A stretch of DNA of 64,000 nucleotides from Callorhinchus milii. Lineage: Eukaryota. A model generated the notes under the pieces. The model was not told where the DNA came from. It searched no databases and was given only the letters and a program-made list of their open reading frames with translations. Of the stretch, positions 49,436-62,098 are shown in pieces. Positions within the stretch are counted from its first letter, which is position 1, and every line of letters begins with the position of its first letter. Location of the stretch: assembly GCF_018977255.1 (NCBI RefSeq), contig NW_024704742.1:79362001-79426000 (forward strand). Reading direction: 5' to 3'. Made by a program: the position numbers and the translations under genes.

Positions 49436-49608
49436 TAAGAACATAAGAACATAAGAATTAGGAGCAGGAGTAGGCCATTCGGCCCCTCGAGCCTGCCCCG
49501 CCATTCGATAAGATCACGGCTGATCTTCAGACCTAACTCTAATTACCTGCCCTATCCCCATATCCCCTAATCCCTCTGTTTTTTTAAAAATCTATCAGTC
49601 TCAGGCTT
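49436..49608 (-). mobile_element. Relatively young CR1 3' end
   Basis: (CATAAGAA)n tail; ggagcaggagtaggccattcggcccctcgagcctg. Confidence 0.92.
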
Positions 49609-50799
49609 ACTGTTTGGACAAACCCTGTGGAAGTAGACACATTGCACCTTGCTCCCACTGATGTGGCATAATAATTGTGAATGATGAGCTACAGGCAGCA
49701 ATCCCCATTCACATCATCATTGGAGCCTTATGATGTTACATCAAGAGGAACTCTACACCAGCATGTGCTCCCAAACTGTCTCTGACAAGCATTGTATGTT
49801 ACAATTCAATAGGCAATAGGCAAGAGTTCAATAGGAACTCTTCCCAGATTAAAGAATGCACATAATTCACCCAAGTCAGACATGTAGATTATAATAATCA
49901 TAATAATCCTAGCATTTGATATAGCGCCTTACCACGTCTCAAAGCATTTCACAGAATATGCTGTTAAATGAATTATGAGCGAAACGCGGCAGTTAATTGC
50001 GCACAGCAGTATCCCACAAACAGTTGTGGATTGAGTGAGTGACTAAATTATTATTTTTTTTGAAAAATATTTTGACTAGAACTGCACTTTATTTGGTAAC
50101 TTATGCCTTGTCACAGGATCTAACAATGCACTTATAATTAGGGTTGCTGATTTTCCATTTTCATTTTTTTCAAATTTTTGATTGACACTAGCGATGTTTG
50201 TTTTACATTTTTAGGAAGAAATTTTAATTTTTAGTGATCTTTCCAACTACAAAAGATGGCCAAGTTACAGGTACTAAGTTGCTATTGATGGTCACTTCTT
50301 GGGCACTGTTAACATCGCATTCTGCATAACCCCCGTGGTGACATTATGACTCAAAGTCATATGTTTTTGAAACGCAAAATAATATTAAAAAAATGAATAA
50401 AATCATGGTGGATTTTCCTTGTTTGGAGAAAATTGAAAAACCTATTAAATTCTGATTTTTACTCATTTAAAATCAGAAACTGCCAAGTCTCATTATAACA
50501 TAGCCTCAAGCTATGCCACAATCTCTAATTGCACAAAGTGAAATTATTACAAAGTCACATAGGCTGATATCTATGATTAAACAACATCATCTTAAAATAT
50601 AAAGCATGCCACAGCACAAAATAACATGTACTGGGAGAATTAAAACAAAATTCTTAGAATGAAAATTGTAAGAGTCAAAAACAACTTGATAAGGAATGAT
50701 GTTCTGATGGGAGCAGACAGTCTCAGATCTCACCATGAAAATATTATGACCAAACAATTTAGAAAGTCGGGCGTTAATGCCTCATGTGATGGCAGCCAG

Positions 50800-51745
50800 T
50801 CAGGAACTAGGAGCAGGAGGAGGCCATTCAGCCCTTTCAGCCTGTTTCTCCACTTAATTACATCATGGCTGATCTGTACCTCAACTAATCCATTCGATTC
50901 CAATTTCTCGCTTTCTCTCCATATCCCTTGATGTCCTGACCTACCAAAAATCGATCAACTTTACTCTTGAAGGTGTGGATGGATCCAGCATCCACAGCCT
51001 TTTGGGGGAGAGAATTCCAGACTTCTCCCACCCATGAGTGAAAATTTCCTGATTTCACTCTTAAATGGCTTGGTTCTAGTTTTAAGACTATGCCCCTTGT
51101 TTTGGATTTCTCCACCAGAGGAAATAGCTTCTGTGTATAGACCCTATCAAATCCCTTTATTATCTTAACAACAACAACAACAACAACAAAATTACATTTA
51201 TAGAGTGCCTTTCACATCGGGAGGTCGTCCCAAAGCGCTGTACCTCAATCAAATCACCCCTCAACCTTCTAAACTCAAGGGAATACGATCCAAGTTTACG
51301 CAGCCTTTCCTCGTAACTTAACCCTTTTAGCCCTGGTAACATTCTGGTGAACTTGCGCTGCACCCCCTCCAGGGCCAATATATCTTTCCTGAGGTGTGGT
51401 GCCCAAAATTGAACGCAGTCTCCGGATGGGGTCTGACTAATGCTCTATACGGCTGAAGCATCATTTCTTCCCCTTTGTATTCCAGACCTCTTAAGATAAA
51501 AGCCAACATTCCATTCACCTTTTTGATTATCTTTTTGCACCCGGGAACTAGTTTTTAGTGATTTGTGGATATGGGCACCCAAATCCCTTTGCTCCTCCAC
51601 AGCTCTTAATTTCTTCCCATAAAGAAAATATTCTGCTTTATTTTTTTTCGGACCATGGTGGATAACCTCGCACTTCCCTACATTGAACTCCATCTGCCAC
51701 AGCTTTGCCCACTCACTTAATCTGTCTAAGTCCTTTTGTAACTTC
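50800..51745 (-). mobile_element. CR1 3' fragment (ORF2 C-terminus)
   Basis: MEFNVGKCEVIH, YRALVRPH, ALEGVQRKFTRMLPGLKGLSYEERL, VWNSLP. Confidence 0.95.
51167..51243 (-). mobile_element. L2 tail-only insert inside CR1
   Basis: (AAC)n plus stem-loop only; CR1 sequence continues on both sides. Confidence 0.9.
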
Positions 51746-52207
51746 AGTGTCAGAATTTTCTATTCCTTTATTCTGAATTCCCTCTTTGCACATGAGAAGT
51801 TGAGGTCTAATTTGTGATTTGTGCAAAACATGAGGAAACACACGTATTCAGAGGAAATTACAGATCCTCTGAATTATATAATTACCAATCCATATTCAGG
51901 ATTTCTGGTGATTGTTTAATTATTTTCCTTGGTAGTTAATTAATTATTTTGTCCATAAAATGCACACAGTCACACCACTTTATAGTGTATCCTGTGAAAT
52001 TCTTTGAGATGTCTCAGCGACAAGATAAGGCGCTATTCCAAATGGAAGGATTATTATTGTATTATAGTTTACACAAGGTTTGCACAAATAGGTGTCAACC
52101 TGCTTCAGTTGATAGCCTTCTCGCCTCTGTAAGAAAGTTCTATGTTCTAAGACCCACACTGGAATTTTGAGCTGAAATACCAGTGCTGTGCTGGAGGAAT
52201 ATAGCAT

Positions 52208-52943
52208 TATGCATGCTTTTGTCACTTCCCTCCTCGATTTCTTCAATGCCCTCCTCACTGGTCTTCCCAGTTCCACCACTCACAAAGTCCAACCAATTCA
52301 AAACTGCACCCCATATCCTCACATGCACCAAAGTCTGCACCCCATCATCTTAATCCTTGCCAGGCTCCACTGGCTCCCTGACCCAGAACAGATGAATTTT
52401 AAAATCCTCACACTCACCTACAAATCACTTTATCCCCTTGTACCTCCATACCTCTCTGACCTGCTCAGAACTGACTCCTAAACTCATCCCCATTATTCGG
52501 TCAGATTAGGCCTTCTGTATGTCCCTCCATCTGCCTCCGCTTCATCATCAGAAGCTCTGCTTTCAGTCCCTATGCCCTACTACCTCACTACTGCCACTAC
52601 CATTGTGCTGGGATTCCCTCTGCTCAGTCGGCTCTGGCCTGCTCCACGTCCCCCGACCCACCCGCCCCACCATTGGCGGGAGAGCCTTCAGCCACTCTGC
52701 CCCCAACCTCTGGAATTCCATCCCCCAGTCACTCCGCCTCGCCCCCTTCCTAGCCTCCTTCAAGTCCCGCCTGAAGACCCTCCTCTTCAACCATGTCATC
52801 GGCCACCTCCTTTCCCATACCCTCCCTTACCTCGCTCCTCCACCCCAGCTCGGGTCTGAAATGCTGTACTCTGTCCAGCGCCTTGGGACGTCCTCCTGAC
52901 GTGAAAGGCGCTATACAAATGTAAACTTGTTGCTGTTGTTGTT
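52208..52943 (+). mobile_element. Two adjacent L2 fragments (old 52208-52590; younger 52615-52943)
   Basis: MHAFVTSLLDFFNALL; TIGGRAFSHSAPNLWNSIP; intact stem-loop and (GTT)n. Confidence 0.9.
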
Positions 52944-53164
52944 GGGATGTCTAAGAAGGAAAGGAATGTTTGTTGCTGGATAAAAACGTCATTTTGATAA
53001 GCGTGATGCATTTCCAATTACTGCCATTACAAATCGCCTGCTGACTGCAAATGATCAAGAAACAAATGTAAACATTCACATGTGCTGTACTCTTCCCCCT
53101 TCTGAAGGCACACATTCCACCTAGTCATAGACTGAAAAAGCATTTTGCCTTAAAATTTAAGATT

Positions 53165-53298
53165 GGGCTGAATTGTGGAAATTGTTAAATTCTTAATTTA
53201 GAAGCTGGCTTTCTGCAGCTCTTTTTATTTTAAAAAAATCAACTTCCAAATTATGACTGAATTAAACAATTTTCCACATTTCTGAAAGAAAATGGCCC
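53165..53298. repeat. Palindromic element (MITE-like)
   Basis: GGGC...GCCC ends; arm tgtggaaattgttaaattc pairs with gaattaaacaattttccaca, and taatttagaagctg with caacttccaaatta. Confidence 0.6.
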
Positions 53299-53654
53299 TG
53301 CAGATTGAGACTTGGTGGAATTTGGGGCCATCAGTGTTCAATTAAACATTTATAATTCCGCACATAAAAGGGAAATCCCTTGTGAATTAATCCGCAATCA
53401 AAATTTGGCCATGTTTCTTACAAGTCCAGACTGACCTATACAGAACACATAGGTACACTGGAAATGACAGTTCCACTTAACTCACAGTAAAGCCACCACC
53501 AACACAGACAGGAGCAATCCAAGTGTAAAATTTGTTTCCAATCGACACAAAACCATTGCTTCAATGTCTTTTCACATGAGAGAGAGATGAAGCAACAACG
53601 ACAGTGGACTCTGACAGTACTCTTGTACTCTTGGACAATTGAGGAGAACAGGCA

Positions 53655-54419
53655 GATTGAAAGCATCTGAACTCCTCAACCTCACTGGGCGCTCCCTTCA
53701 GACTGACCGAACCAGTGAACAATCTAGGCGTCTGATTCGATCCCCAGCTGTTCTTTCTCTCCGTTATTTGGTCCTTGACCGCCTTCCTTCACCTCCGCCA
53801 CATTGCCCGCCTCTGCCCATATCTTAACCCAAATGTAGCCGAAACCCTCATGCATGCTTTTGTCACCTCCCGCCTGGATTACTCAAACGTTCTCTTCATT
53901 GGTCTTCCCGGCTCCACTATTCAAAAAATCCAGCTCATTCAGAACCTAGCTGCTCGCATACTGACCCGGACCAAACTCATTCCCATATCACAAGTTCTGG
54001 GTTCCACTGGCTCCCCATCACCGAACGGAGAGACTTCAAGATCCTCACACTCGTGTTCAAATCCCTTCACTCTCTGGCACCTCCCTACCTCTCTGACCTC
54101 CTCACTCCCCAATCCACCACCCGGCGCCTCCGCCCAACTGGCACCGGCCTCCTGCTTGTCCCTTGCGCCCTCTGATCCACCATTGGAGGTCACACTTTCA
54201 GCCACTATGCCCTAAAACTTTGGAACACTCTCCCTCAATCCTTCCGCTTTGCCCCTTCTCTCCCCTTTCTGAAGAACAACCTGAAACCCTTCCTTTTCGA
54301 CCGTGCTTACGGTCACCTCCCTCAAGCCCCCAGCTCAGGATCAAGCTCCGCCACTGTTAAGCACTCTGAGATGCTACCCTGCATGGAGGGTGCTATATAA
54401 GTGCAAGTTGTTGTTGTTG
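53655..54419 (+). mobile_element. 5'-truncated L2
   Basis: HLRHIARLCPYLNPNVAETLMHAFVTSRLDYSN; tail. Confidence 0.93.
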
Positions 54420-54699
54420 AAGTCAACCTGCCTTCTGGTGCTTCGGGTCAACTCAATTTTGCTCAGTGCCCCAGAATATTCCAGGCCATTTCTACTGTTA
54501 GGTACAGCCTTATTTACATTCATAGATGCTCTCAATAAGACATCAACATATTGTTACATTTGGAATTATGTTGCCGAAAACACCCATATAGGTGTATACA
54601 ATTTTAAATGAGATTGAAAAAGTAAACCCATATCAAAACTTTAGGAAGTATCAAGAAAGTAGAACAAGAGAATATAATTTTATATATAGCTTATAATTC

Positions 54700-54985
54700 A
54701 GAATATAAGTATAAAGCTGTAAAGGGCAATATCAAGACAGACACCAGGAAGTTTTTCTTTATCCAGAGGGTAATTAACGACAACAACAACTGGCATTTAT
54801 ATAGTGCGCATTTCACTGGGTAGTGTCTCGGATCCCTGAGTGATTGGAAAAGGTTACCAGGATGGTTGAGGTCAGGATACTGAACTTGTTTAAAAAGCAG
54901 CTCGATACTGTTATGGGATGACAATAGGGTTCTATTCTGGAGGGATGAAATTTGATGGGCCGGAGGACTTTCTTCGTCTTGTGAA
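54700..54985 (+). mobile_element. CR1 3' fragment with an L2 tail-only insert (54776-54840, -)
   Basis: RKFFFIQRVIN then, after the insert, DWKRLP; 3'UTR gatgggccggaggactttcttc. Confidence 0.8.
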
Positions 54986-57900
54986 CTTCACTGCCAATCA
55001 GTACCAAAACAAATTGTACTTTTCCTTGTGGAGATTGACTGGGGAATCTGATGGAAGCTTCATGTGATACTCTCCCATGGGACTTAGAGTAGACTCTTAT
55101 AGGTGTCTGACTTCATACAGTCATTTATATTTCTGGTCAACATTATTCTAAATGGGGAACCCAAGAACTCTTTGAAACATATAGCACTTTTACATCAGTT
55201 TGATCCGATTGGATTTTCTTTATCCTTGTGTGTACTTTCTATAACTGTTGCCTTAGAATATATAGAGAGTGGGTCTGTTAATGGGTTGTGTTCTAACAGC
55301 AGATGTAACTTATTAACCAAGGTGAGGGATAACGAACTGTGTTAAATATTTATAAGAAACCTTCTGAGATTTTGTCAATACTGCTGTGTTTACACATGGG
55401 GAAAGAGGGCATAAATAATTCCTTATGAGATGGAACACAGATCCACTAGGATATATGCTGCTATGGTTAATTCCATTATAGATATAATGCAATTCTCTCA
55501 TGTTTACCATCATCGAGAAGATACGTGACACAACTTACCCTCTGTCTCGTTTGATTTTAGACCTGTTGAAGAGACTGATATGCAATGCCTCGGCACATAC
55601 GCACAGAGCTAATTTATGTGCAGTGATTGCCTGCAGTGAGAAAATGTGTTAATATGATTCATCTGCAGATTCATTGTTTGTTGCATCTTGCTGAACCACA
55701 GTCATAAACATAACAGGAGATTGTCAGAGATGGTTCAAAATTCAACGGTATCATATATTATCAGCTGTAAACTCCAAGTGAGAGGGAAAAAATGACCTTC
55801 TGTCTGTACCACACATATTCAATTACCTCCACTGAGCTAGTAATTATTCTGTCCAGCAGCCATACTTATCATTGAACTTCAGTTTATGATTCACCTTTTT
55901 TCCCAGCGTTTGAATATTAATCTTGTTTCAAAGTGTACGAGCTTTACAATATGCTGAACTGTGTTCCTGAATATTTCATCCATGTGATTATAGATGCAGA
56001 TGGCCTGTGAAATTTTAAGGTAAAAAAAAACAATATTCATTAATATCCTCTGTTGAACTATGTACATTGAAGACTAAAGTGAAGCATCAACAATTGTCGC
56101 TAAAATAAGTAGATCTTAGCAGTTTTGGGCTGATCAATGGCAGGCAAATGGGCACCAAAATGAATGTCAAGCCCAAGCAATGTGACAGAGGGATACTCTG
56201 CAGAACAGTCAACAAATAGAGACATCAAGTGAGTAGAAATTTCAACTGTGTGAGAATTCTCATCAGTGCTAAAACATCCCCCGTCCCAATTGTTACCCTT
56301 CGGTTATCCTTTGTTGTAAAAATGTAGGAAAACACAAAACACAGTCTACATTATAAAAGAAGATGTTAATGTTAACCAGAGTGTGTGTGGTCCGACAGAC
56401 ATCACAGCTGAAAGTAATGCTTTCCTCACTTGTCATCCACACATGTGCACTTTACAGTCTGGGCAGCTTGATAGCGCTCACTTGACTGATTGTTTTTGCA
56501 TTTCTTATACCAGTGGAACAGAGGTCACTTGAAGCAATCCCACTCTCATCCTGGTTGAGATCAGCTCTCGGCATAGACTGGGAATCCAACAAACCTGAGA
56601 ACTTAAAACTACACAGGTTTAAATAAAATTTAAAAATGTAACTGATGGAAATGTGAAATAAATCCAGAAAATACTTGAAATGGGTAGCAGGTCAATAAAA
56701 CACTTGATAAAATAAACAGAAATGATGGCAGAAGAGGATGTCATTGAACCCTTAGGGCCTTTACTGGTGTCTGCTTCTGCATAAGAGATAGCAACATTAA
56801 TCCCAATTCCTTGCTCTCTTCCCTTGCCCTTTTATGTTATTCTTTTCAACTGTTTATCCCATTTAAATGTTATCACAGCCTTGGCCTCAATAGTTACATT
56901 TCAGCTACAGGCCAGTCAGCCTGACGCCAATAATGGGGAAACTTTTAGAGACTATAATCCAGGACAAAATACATTTTCTCTTAGAAAAATATAGGTTATA
57001 AAGGACAGCCAACACAGATTTGTTAAAGGCAAATTATGTCTAACAAACCTGAGAGAATTTTTTGATGAAGTAACGGAGCGGGTGGAAGTGCAGTTGATGT
57101 AGTTTATATAGATTTTCAAAAAGTGTTTGATAGAGTGCCAGATAAGAGACGTGTAAGCAAAATGGAAGCCCACAGAATTAAAGGGACAGTGGCAGCATAG
57201 ATACAGAAGTGGCTGGGAGAGAGAAAGCAGAGAGTGGTGATGAACAGTTGTTTTTCTGACTGGAGGGAAGCCTGCAGTTGTGTCCCCCTGGGGTCAGTAA
57301 TGGGACCACTGCTGTTTTTAATCTCTATAAATGATCTGGACTTGGGTATAGGGAGTACAATTTCCAAGTTTACAGATGATACTAAGCTAGGAAAAGTAAT
57401 AAACAGTGAGGAGGATAGCAGCAGACTGCAAATGGACATAGACAAACTGGTAAAATGGGCCGACACGTGGAAGATGAAATTTAATGTGGAGAAATGCGAA
57501 GTGATGCATTTTGGAAGGAAGAATAAGGAGAAGCAATATAAGCTGATGGTACAATCTTAAAGGGGTGAAGGAACAGAGAGACCTGGGGGGTCATATAAGT
57601 AAATCTCTGAAGGTGGCAGGACAGGTGGACAGGTGGACTGCTATAGCTGCTAAAAAAGCACATAACAACAACAACAACAACATTACATTTGTATAGCACC
57701 TTTCACGTTGGCGGGATGTCCCAAGGCGCTGGACAGACAGAGTTGGACAGCTGAGGGTCGGGGTGGGAGAGGGGGGATGGCAGGGGGGAAGCAGGAAGAT
57801 CGAAAGCACGGTCGAAGAGGAGGGTCTTGAGGTGCGACTTGAAGGTGGCGAGTGAGGGGGTGAGATGGATGGACTGCGGGATGGAGTTCCAGAGGGTGGG

Positions 57901-59299
57901 TGCAGAGTGGCAGAAGGCCTGCCCGTCGATAGTGGGCCGAGCAAGGCGAGGGACAGAAGCAGACCAGAGCTCGCTGAGTGGAGGGAGCGAACAGGATTGT
58001 AGGGGTTTAGTAGGTCGGAGAGGTAGGGAGGAGCAAGACCATGGAGGGCTTTGAAGGTGAGGACCAGAATCTTGAACTGTATCCTCTGTGTGATGGGAAA
58101 CCAGTGGAGTTGTGCAAGGATGGGGGATAGTCAAGCCTCGATCTAATGAAGGCATGTATGAGGGTTTCAGCGGTGTGAGACAGTTTCACAACTGGGCAAT
58201 GTTGAGGAGGTGGGAAGGCAAAGCGGGTCATGGCGCGATGTGGGGTAGAAAGGAAAATTGAGGGTCGAACAAGACCCCAAGGTTCCGGACAGTCTTAGCA
58301 ACATGGAGTGTGCAAAAATGGATGGTGATGCTGTCAGCGCCTGAGGTGAGGAGGCGCTGACGAGAGCCAATCAGGAGAGCCTCAGTCTTGTTGACGTTCA
58401 ACTGAAGAAAGTTAGTTCTCATCCAGGACTTGATGTCTGACAGACATTCTGTCAGGACAGCAGTGGTCCTGGAGTCAAGGGTGGAGGCAGAGTGGTAGAG
58501 TTGGGTGTCATCCGCATACATGTGGAAGTTGACCCCATGTCTGGAGTGATGTCACCAAGGTGGAGCATATAGAGGTTGAAGAGGAGGGGACCGAGGACAG
58601 AGCCCTGAGGAACGCCACACGAGACGGTCCGGGGCTAGAGAAGCTGTTTGAGGAGATGAAATGCAGGCGGTGTGAGAAGTACGATCTGAACCAATCAAGG
58701 ACAGCGCCGTAGAGGTTGAGGTAAGAGGAGAGATAGTGGATGAGGATAGAGTGGTCGACGGTGTCGAAAGCAGCAGAGAGGTCAAGGAGGATGAGGAGGC
58801 AGAGGGATCCCTGGTCGCAGATGGACAGAATGTCATTTATCACTTTGACCAGGACTGTTTCTGTGCTGGAGTGGCACGGAAGCCCGATTGGAGGGGATCG
58901 AAAATGGAGTGGCAGGAGAGGAAGGGGAGAAGCAACCACTTATTCTAGGACCTTGGAGAGGAAGGGGAGGTTGGAGATGGGGCAGTAGATGGAGAGTATA
59001 GATGGGTCCAGAGAGGGTTTTTTAAGGATAGGAATCATGACAGAGGTTTTTAAAGCGGTGGGAACAGTACCAGTGGACAGGGAGTGGTTAACGATGTCAG
59101 TGTATAGAGGGGCAAGGAGGTGGGAGGTAAGGAGTGGGGTAGGGATTGGATCCAGGCAGCGGTGGGTTTCATACGGGTTATGGTGGTGATAAGAGAGGAG
59201 GGGGAGACAGGTTCAAAGGTGTGGAGGGAGGGATGGGTAGGGGCTGGGGTGGGAGGAGGAGATGGGGAGGGGATAGTAGTTGCAGTGGCAGAGGCAGCT

Positions 59300-59627
59300 A
59301 ATAATAATAATAATAATAATCCTTGCATTTGATATAGCGCTTTTCACGTCAGGAGGACGTCCCAAAGCGCTTCACAGAACACACTGTAAAGTGAATTGAC
59401 TGTATATTTGTGGGCGAACGCGGCAGCCAATTGCGCACAGCAATGTCCCACAAACAGTCATAGATTGAAAATGACCAATTTAATTATTGTTTTTAGTTTT
59501 GGAGGGATTATTATTAGGCTCTGTGTGGAGTAAGGAAACTTGCCCAAGGTTTCGCCCTGCCTGGAATTGAACTCAGGTCTCTCACTTGCAAAGCGAGTGC
59601 TCTAACCACTGAGCTACAGGACTCCAC
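59300..59627 (-). mobile_element. Young full-length short-form tRNA-Ala/Deu SINE inserted in L2
   Basis: GCT at both junctions (59297-59299, 59628-59630); host reads GIRSAASA when rejoined. Confidence 0.97.
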
Positions 59628-60937
59628 GCTGAGCGGATTCCCTCAATTTTGGATTCGAGGAAGTCCAACATTACCTCACAGTTGACATTTGAGGTGAGGA
59701 TGGGCGAGGCGTGAGAGGGTGGGCGGAGCAGTCGGTTCGTGATGGAGAAGAGGAGCCTGGGGTTGTCCTTAGCCTCCAAGATTGTCTTGGAGTAGAATGA
59801 CAATTTAGCAGAGGCAAGGCCGGAGTGGCAGGATTTGACATGGTCCAGCCAAATCTGCCGATGGACAGTTAGGTTTGATTTAAGACAGGGGTGCTCAGTG
59901 GAACACACCTCGAGTTTAAAGGAATGGAGGTGGCCAGTGTACCAGGGTGATTTGCGTGAGTAGGAGACAGTTTGGGAAGAGAGGAAAGCGAGGGATTCAA
60001 GAGTGGAGAAGAGGGATCTGTGGAGAAGGGTGACCGAGGAGGATAGGTCAGTGTGGGAGGACGCCCAGAGGGGAAGGAGTTCAGATGACTCCAAGGCAGC
60101 CGAGAGGGATGGGGGGAGATTTTTTTCCAGGGTCGGTAGGAGATGGAGGTGGGTTGGATGGCGGTGGGAAGCGGGATTGAGGAGTTGAGGGAAATGAAGT
60201 GATGCTCCGAGATCGCTTTGTTGATGGTGGTAAGGTCTGAGACGTTGCGGCCCCAAGAGATCATCAGGTCGAGGGGCTGAGTGCAGACATGGATGGAAGA
60301 GTGGATGTGGAGGGAGAGATTGAAGGAGGAGATAAGGGAGGAAAAGTCAGCAGAGGTTGCGCAGGAGGGGGTGAAGTGAAGGTTAAAATCGCCAAGGATG
60401 AGGAGGTGTTCAGAGAAAAGGGAGAGGGAAGATAGAAGGGTGGAGATGTCAGGGATGAAGGTGGGAGAGGTCTTGGGGGGCGGTAGATGAGGAGAATTTT
60501 GAGGGAAAGTTTGGACCGGTGATAGAGGGTAAGGTGCTCAAAGGAGTAGAAGGTTCCAGAGGAGTAAGGGGATAGGCCGAGCGAGGACCAAGAGATGAGA
60601 GCCACCCGGCCACCACGGCGGTTAGGCCGAGGGGTGTGATGGAAGGTATAGCTGGGTGGTGTGGCCTCATTCATTGGGAAAGTGTCACCTGGAGAGATCC
60701 AGGTTTCAGTGAGAGCGAGGATGTCAATGTGTTCATCGATGATGAGGTCTTGGATGGTGTGTGTTTTGTTGGAGAGGGAACAGACATTTTGTTGACCGAT
60801 GTGGAGGGGACTGTTGGTGGTGGAAAGTGGGGGTTGAGTGGGGAGGACTGATAGGGAGTGAAGAGATGTGGATCAGGGAGGAGAGGTTGGCCCCTGTGGT
60901 CGGGGACTGGTGAGCCTTGCGGCGAGAATAGAGGATA

Positions 60938-61228
60938 CAACAACAACAACTTGGATTTATATAGCGCCCTCCACGCCGGACGGTGTCTCAGAGCGCTTTA
61001 CAGTAACGGATCCCAGGGCCAAGCAATGGGGAGGGGTAGGAAGGTGACCAAAGGCGTGGTTGAAAAGAAAGGTCTTCAGCAGAGACCTGAAAATGGGAAG
61101 GGAGGAGCGAGATGCAGGGATTGAGGAAGGCAGTTCCAGAGCCTCGGGGCATAGTGACTGAAGGCACGGCCCCGAGGGTGGAACGGAGGACTCGGGGGAC
61201 AAGGAGGAGGCCAGACCCAGAGGAACGA
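60938..61228 (-). mobile_element. L2 3' fragment (second family) inserted in the 5' part of the full-length L2
   Basis: AGGATA duplicated at 60932-60937 and 61229-61234; PRLWNCLPQSL. Confidence 0.92.
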
Positions 61229-61549
61229 AGGATAAGGGCAGTCAGAGTGACTGCTGTTAGACGGCCAGCGGCGACTCCCACAGTGGGCCCAATGGAGGAT
61301 TCGCAGACTGGAGCAGAGGGAGGCTGTGGGACAGTCGAGCAGGGATAGGATGGAGCAGGAGTAAGTGAGGGTAGAGGACAGGGGTGGGGGCATTGTGGGG
61401 AAGCAGCTCAGATCAGTGGCGGCAGCCATAACGTGCACGTCGAGACTAAAAGTAAACAGCGGGGATGGGTGGGGGGGGGGGGGGCGTGAGGTCTGGTTAG
61501 CCTGGTGAGAGTCATCATGGGAGGAGGGGAGACAATGTTATAGTCCCAG

Positions 61550-62098
61550 TCAGTCCAGGCTGAGAAATTCAGAGGTGGCGGGCAGATGTAATGTCAAGCA
61601 GCAGCCAGTCTCTGGTTGGCTGGTGACCGGGAGAGGCAGTGATGGCCGCCATGGCCGAGGAGGCAAATCCCACGATGGCCCCATGAATCGGTTAAGTGAG
61701 CCTCGGTCCCCTGGTTGGACTAGAGCGCAGGTTGGGGCATCGGACTCCCCACCGGTGCTGCCCTCGAACCGTGTTTGACCTCGCTCGCGTGTAGCCCAGA
61801 GGCTGCTCCTGGCGTCAAAAACGGTCATGCTTTGGCGTCGGTTTGGGTCCCGATCCAGGCGTCGCTCGCGTGGAATCATCTTGGACCCCATGCCACGCCA
61901 CCCACCGCGGGAGGCCTCAGGTCCACGGTCTCCTGCGCTTGCCCTGCTCAGCTTAGCTGGAGCCCAGCTCCAATGATGAGATTCCAATTTAGCCGCTCAC
62001 CAGGACTGCAAAAACAGGATTTTTTCCCGTTTTTGCAATAAAATGTGGGGATCTCCACATGACTCCAGCCTCCAGCCCACTGCCATTTTACTATAATT
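61550..62098 (-). promoter_or_regulatory. Putative L2 5'UTR / internal promoter (CpG-rich)
   Basis: Among the most CpG-dense stretches of the window; minus strand starts near AAAATGGCAG (62089-62080), a YY1-like motif; lies upstream of the ORF. Confidence 0.6.

Larger units (their letters stand above)
57703..61429 (-). pseudogene. Disrupted L2 ORF (APE endonuclease plus reverse transcriptase)
   Basis: QNVCSLSNK, DILALTETW, RRGGRVAL, IYRPP, ISEHHFI (APE); [21 protein letters not shown] (RT); frameshifts, stops and two insertions. Confidence 0.9.
57664..62098 (-). mobile_element. Apparently full-length, decayed single-ORF L2 LINE (about 3.8 kb after removing two nested inserts)
   Basis: Host CR1 rejoins across it with ACAT on both sides; GC/CpG-rich 5' region, APE endonuclease, RT (YADDTQ), 3' stem-loop, (GTT)n tail. 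Confidence 0.9.

Noticed and set aside
50450..51875. Small 9-10 bp hairpins (about 50450-50479 and 51848-51874)
   Set aside because: Short stems of this kind are expected by chance in 64 kb of AT-rich DNA
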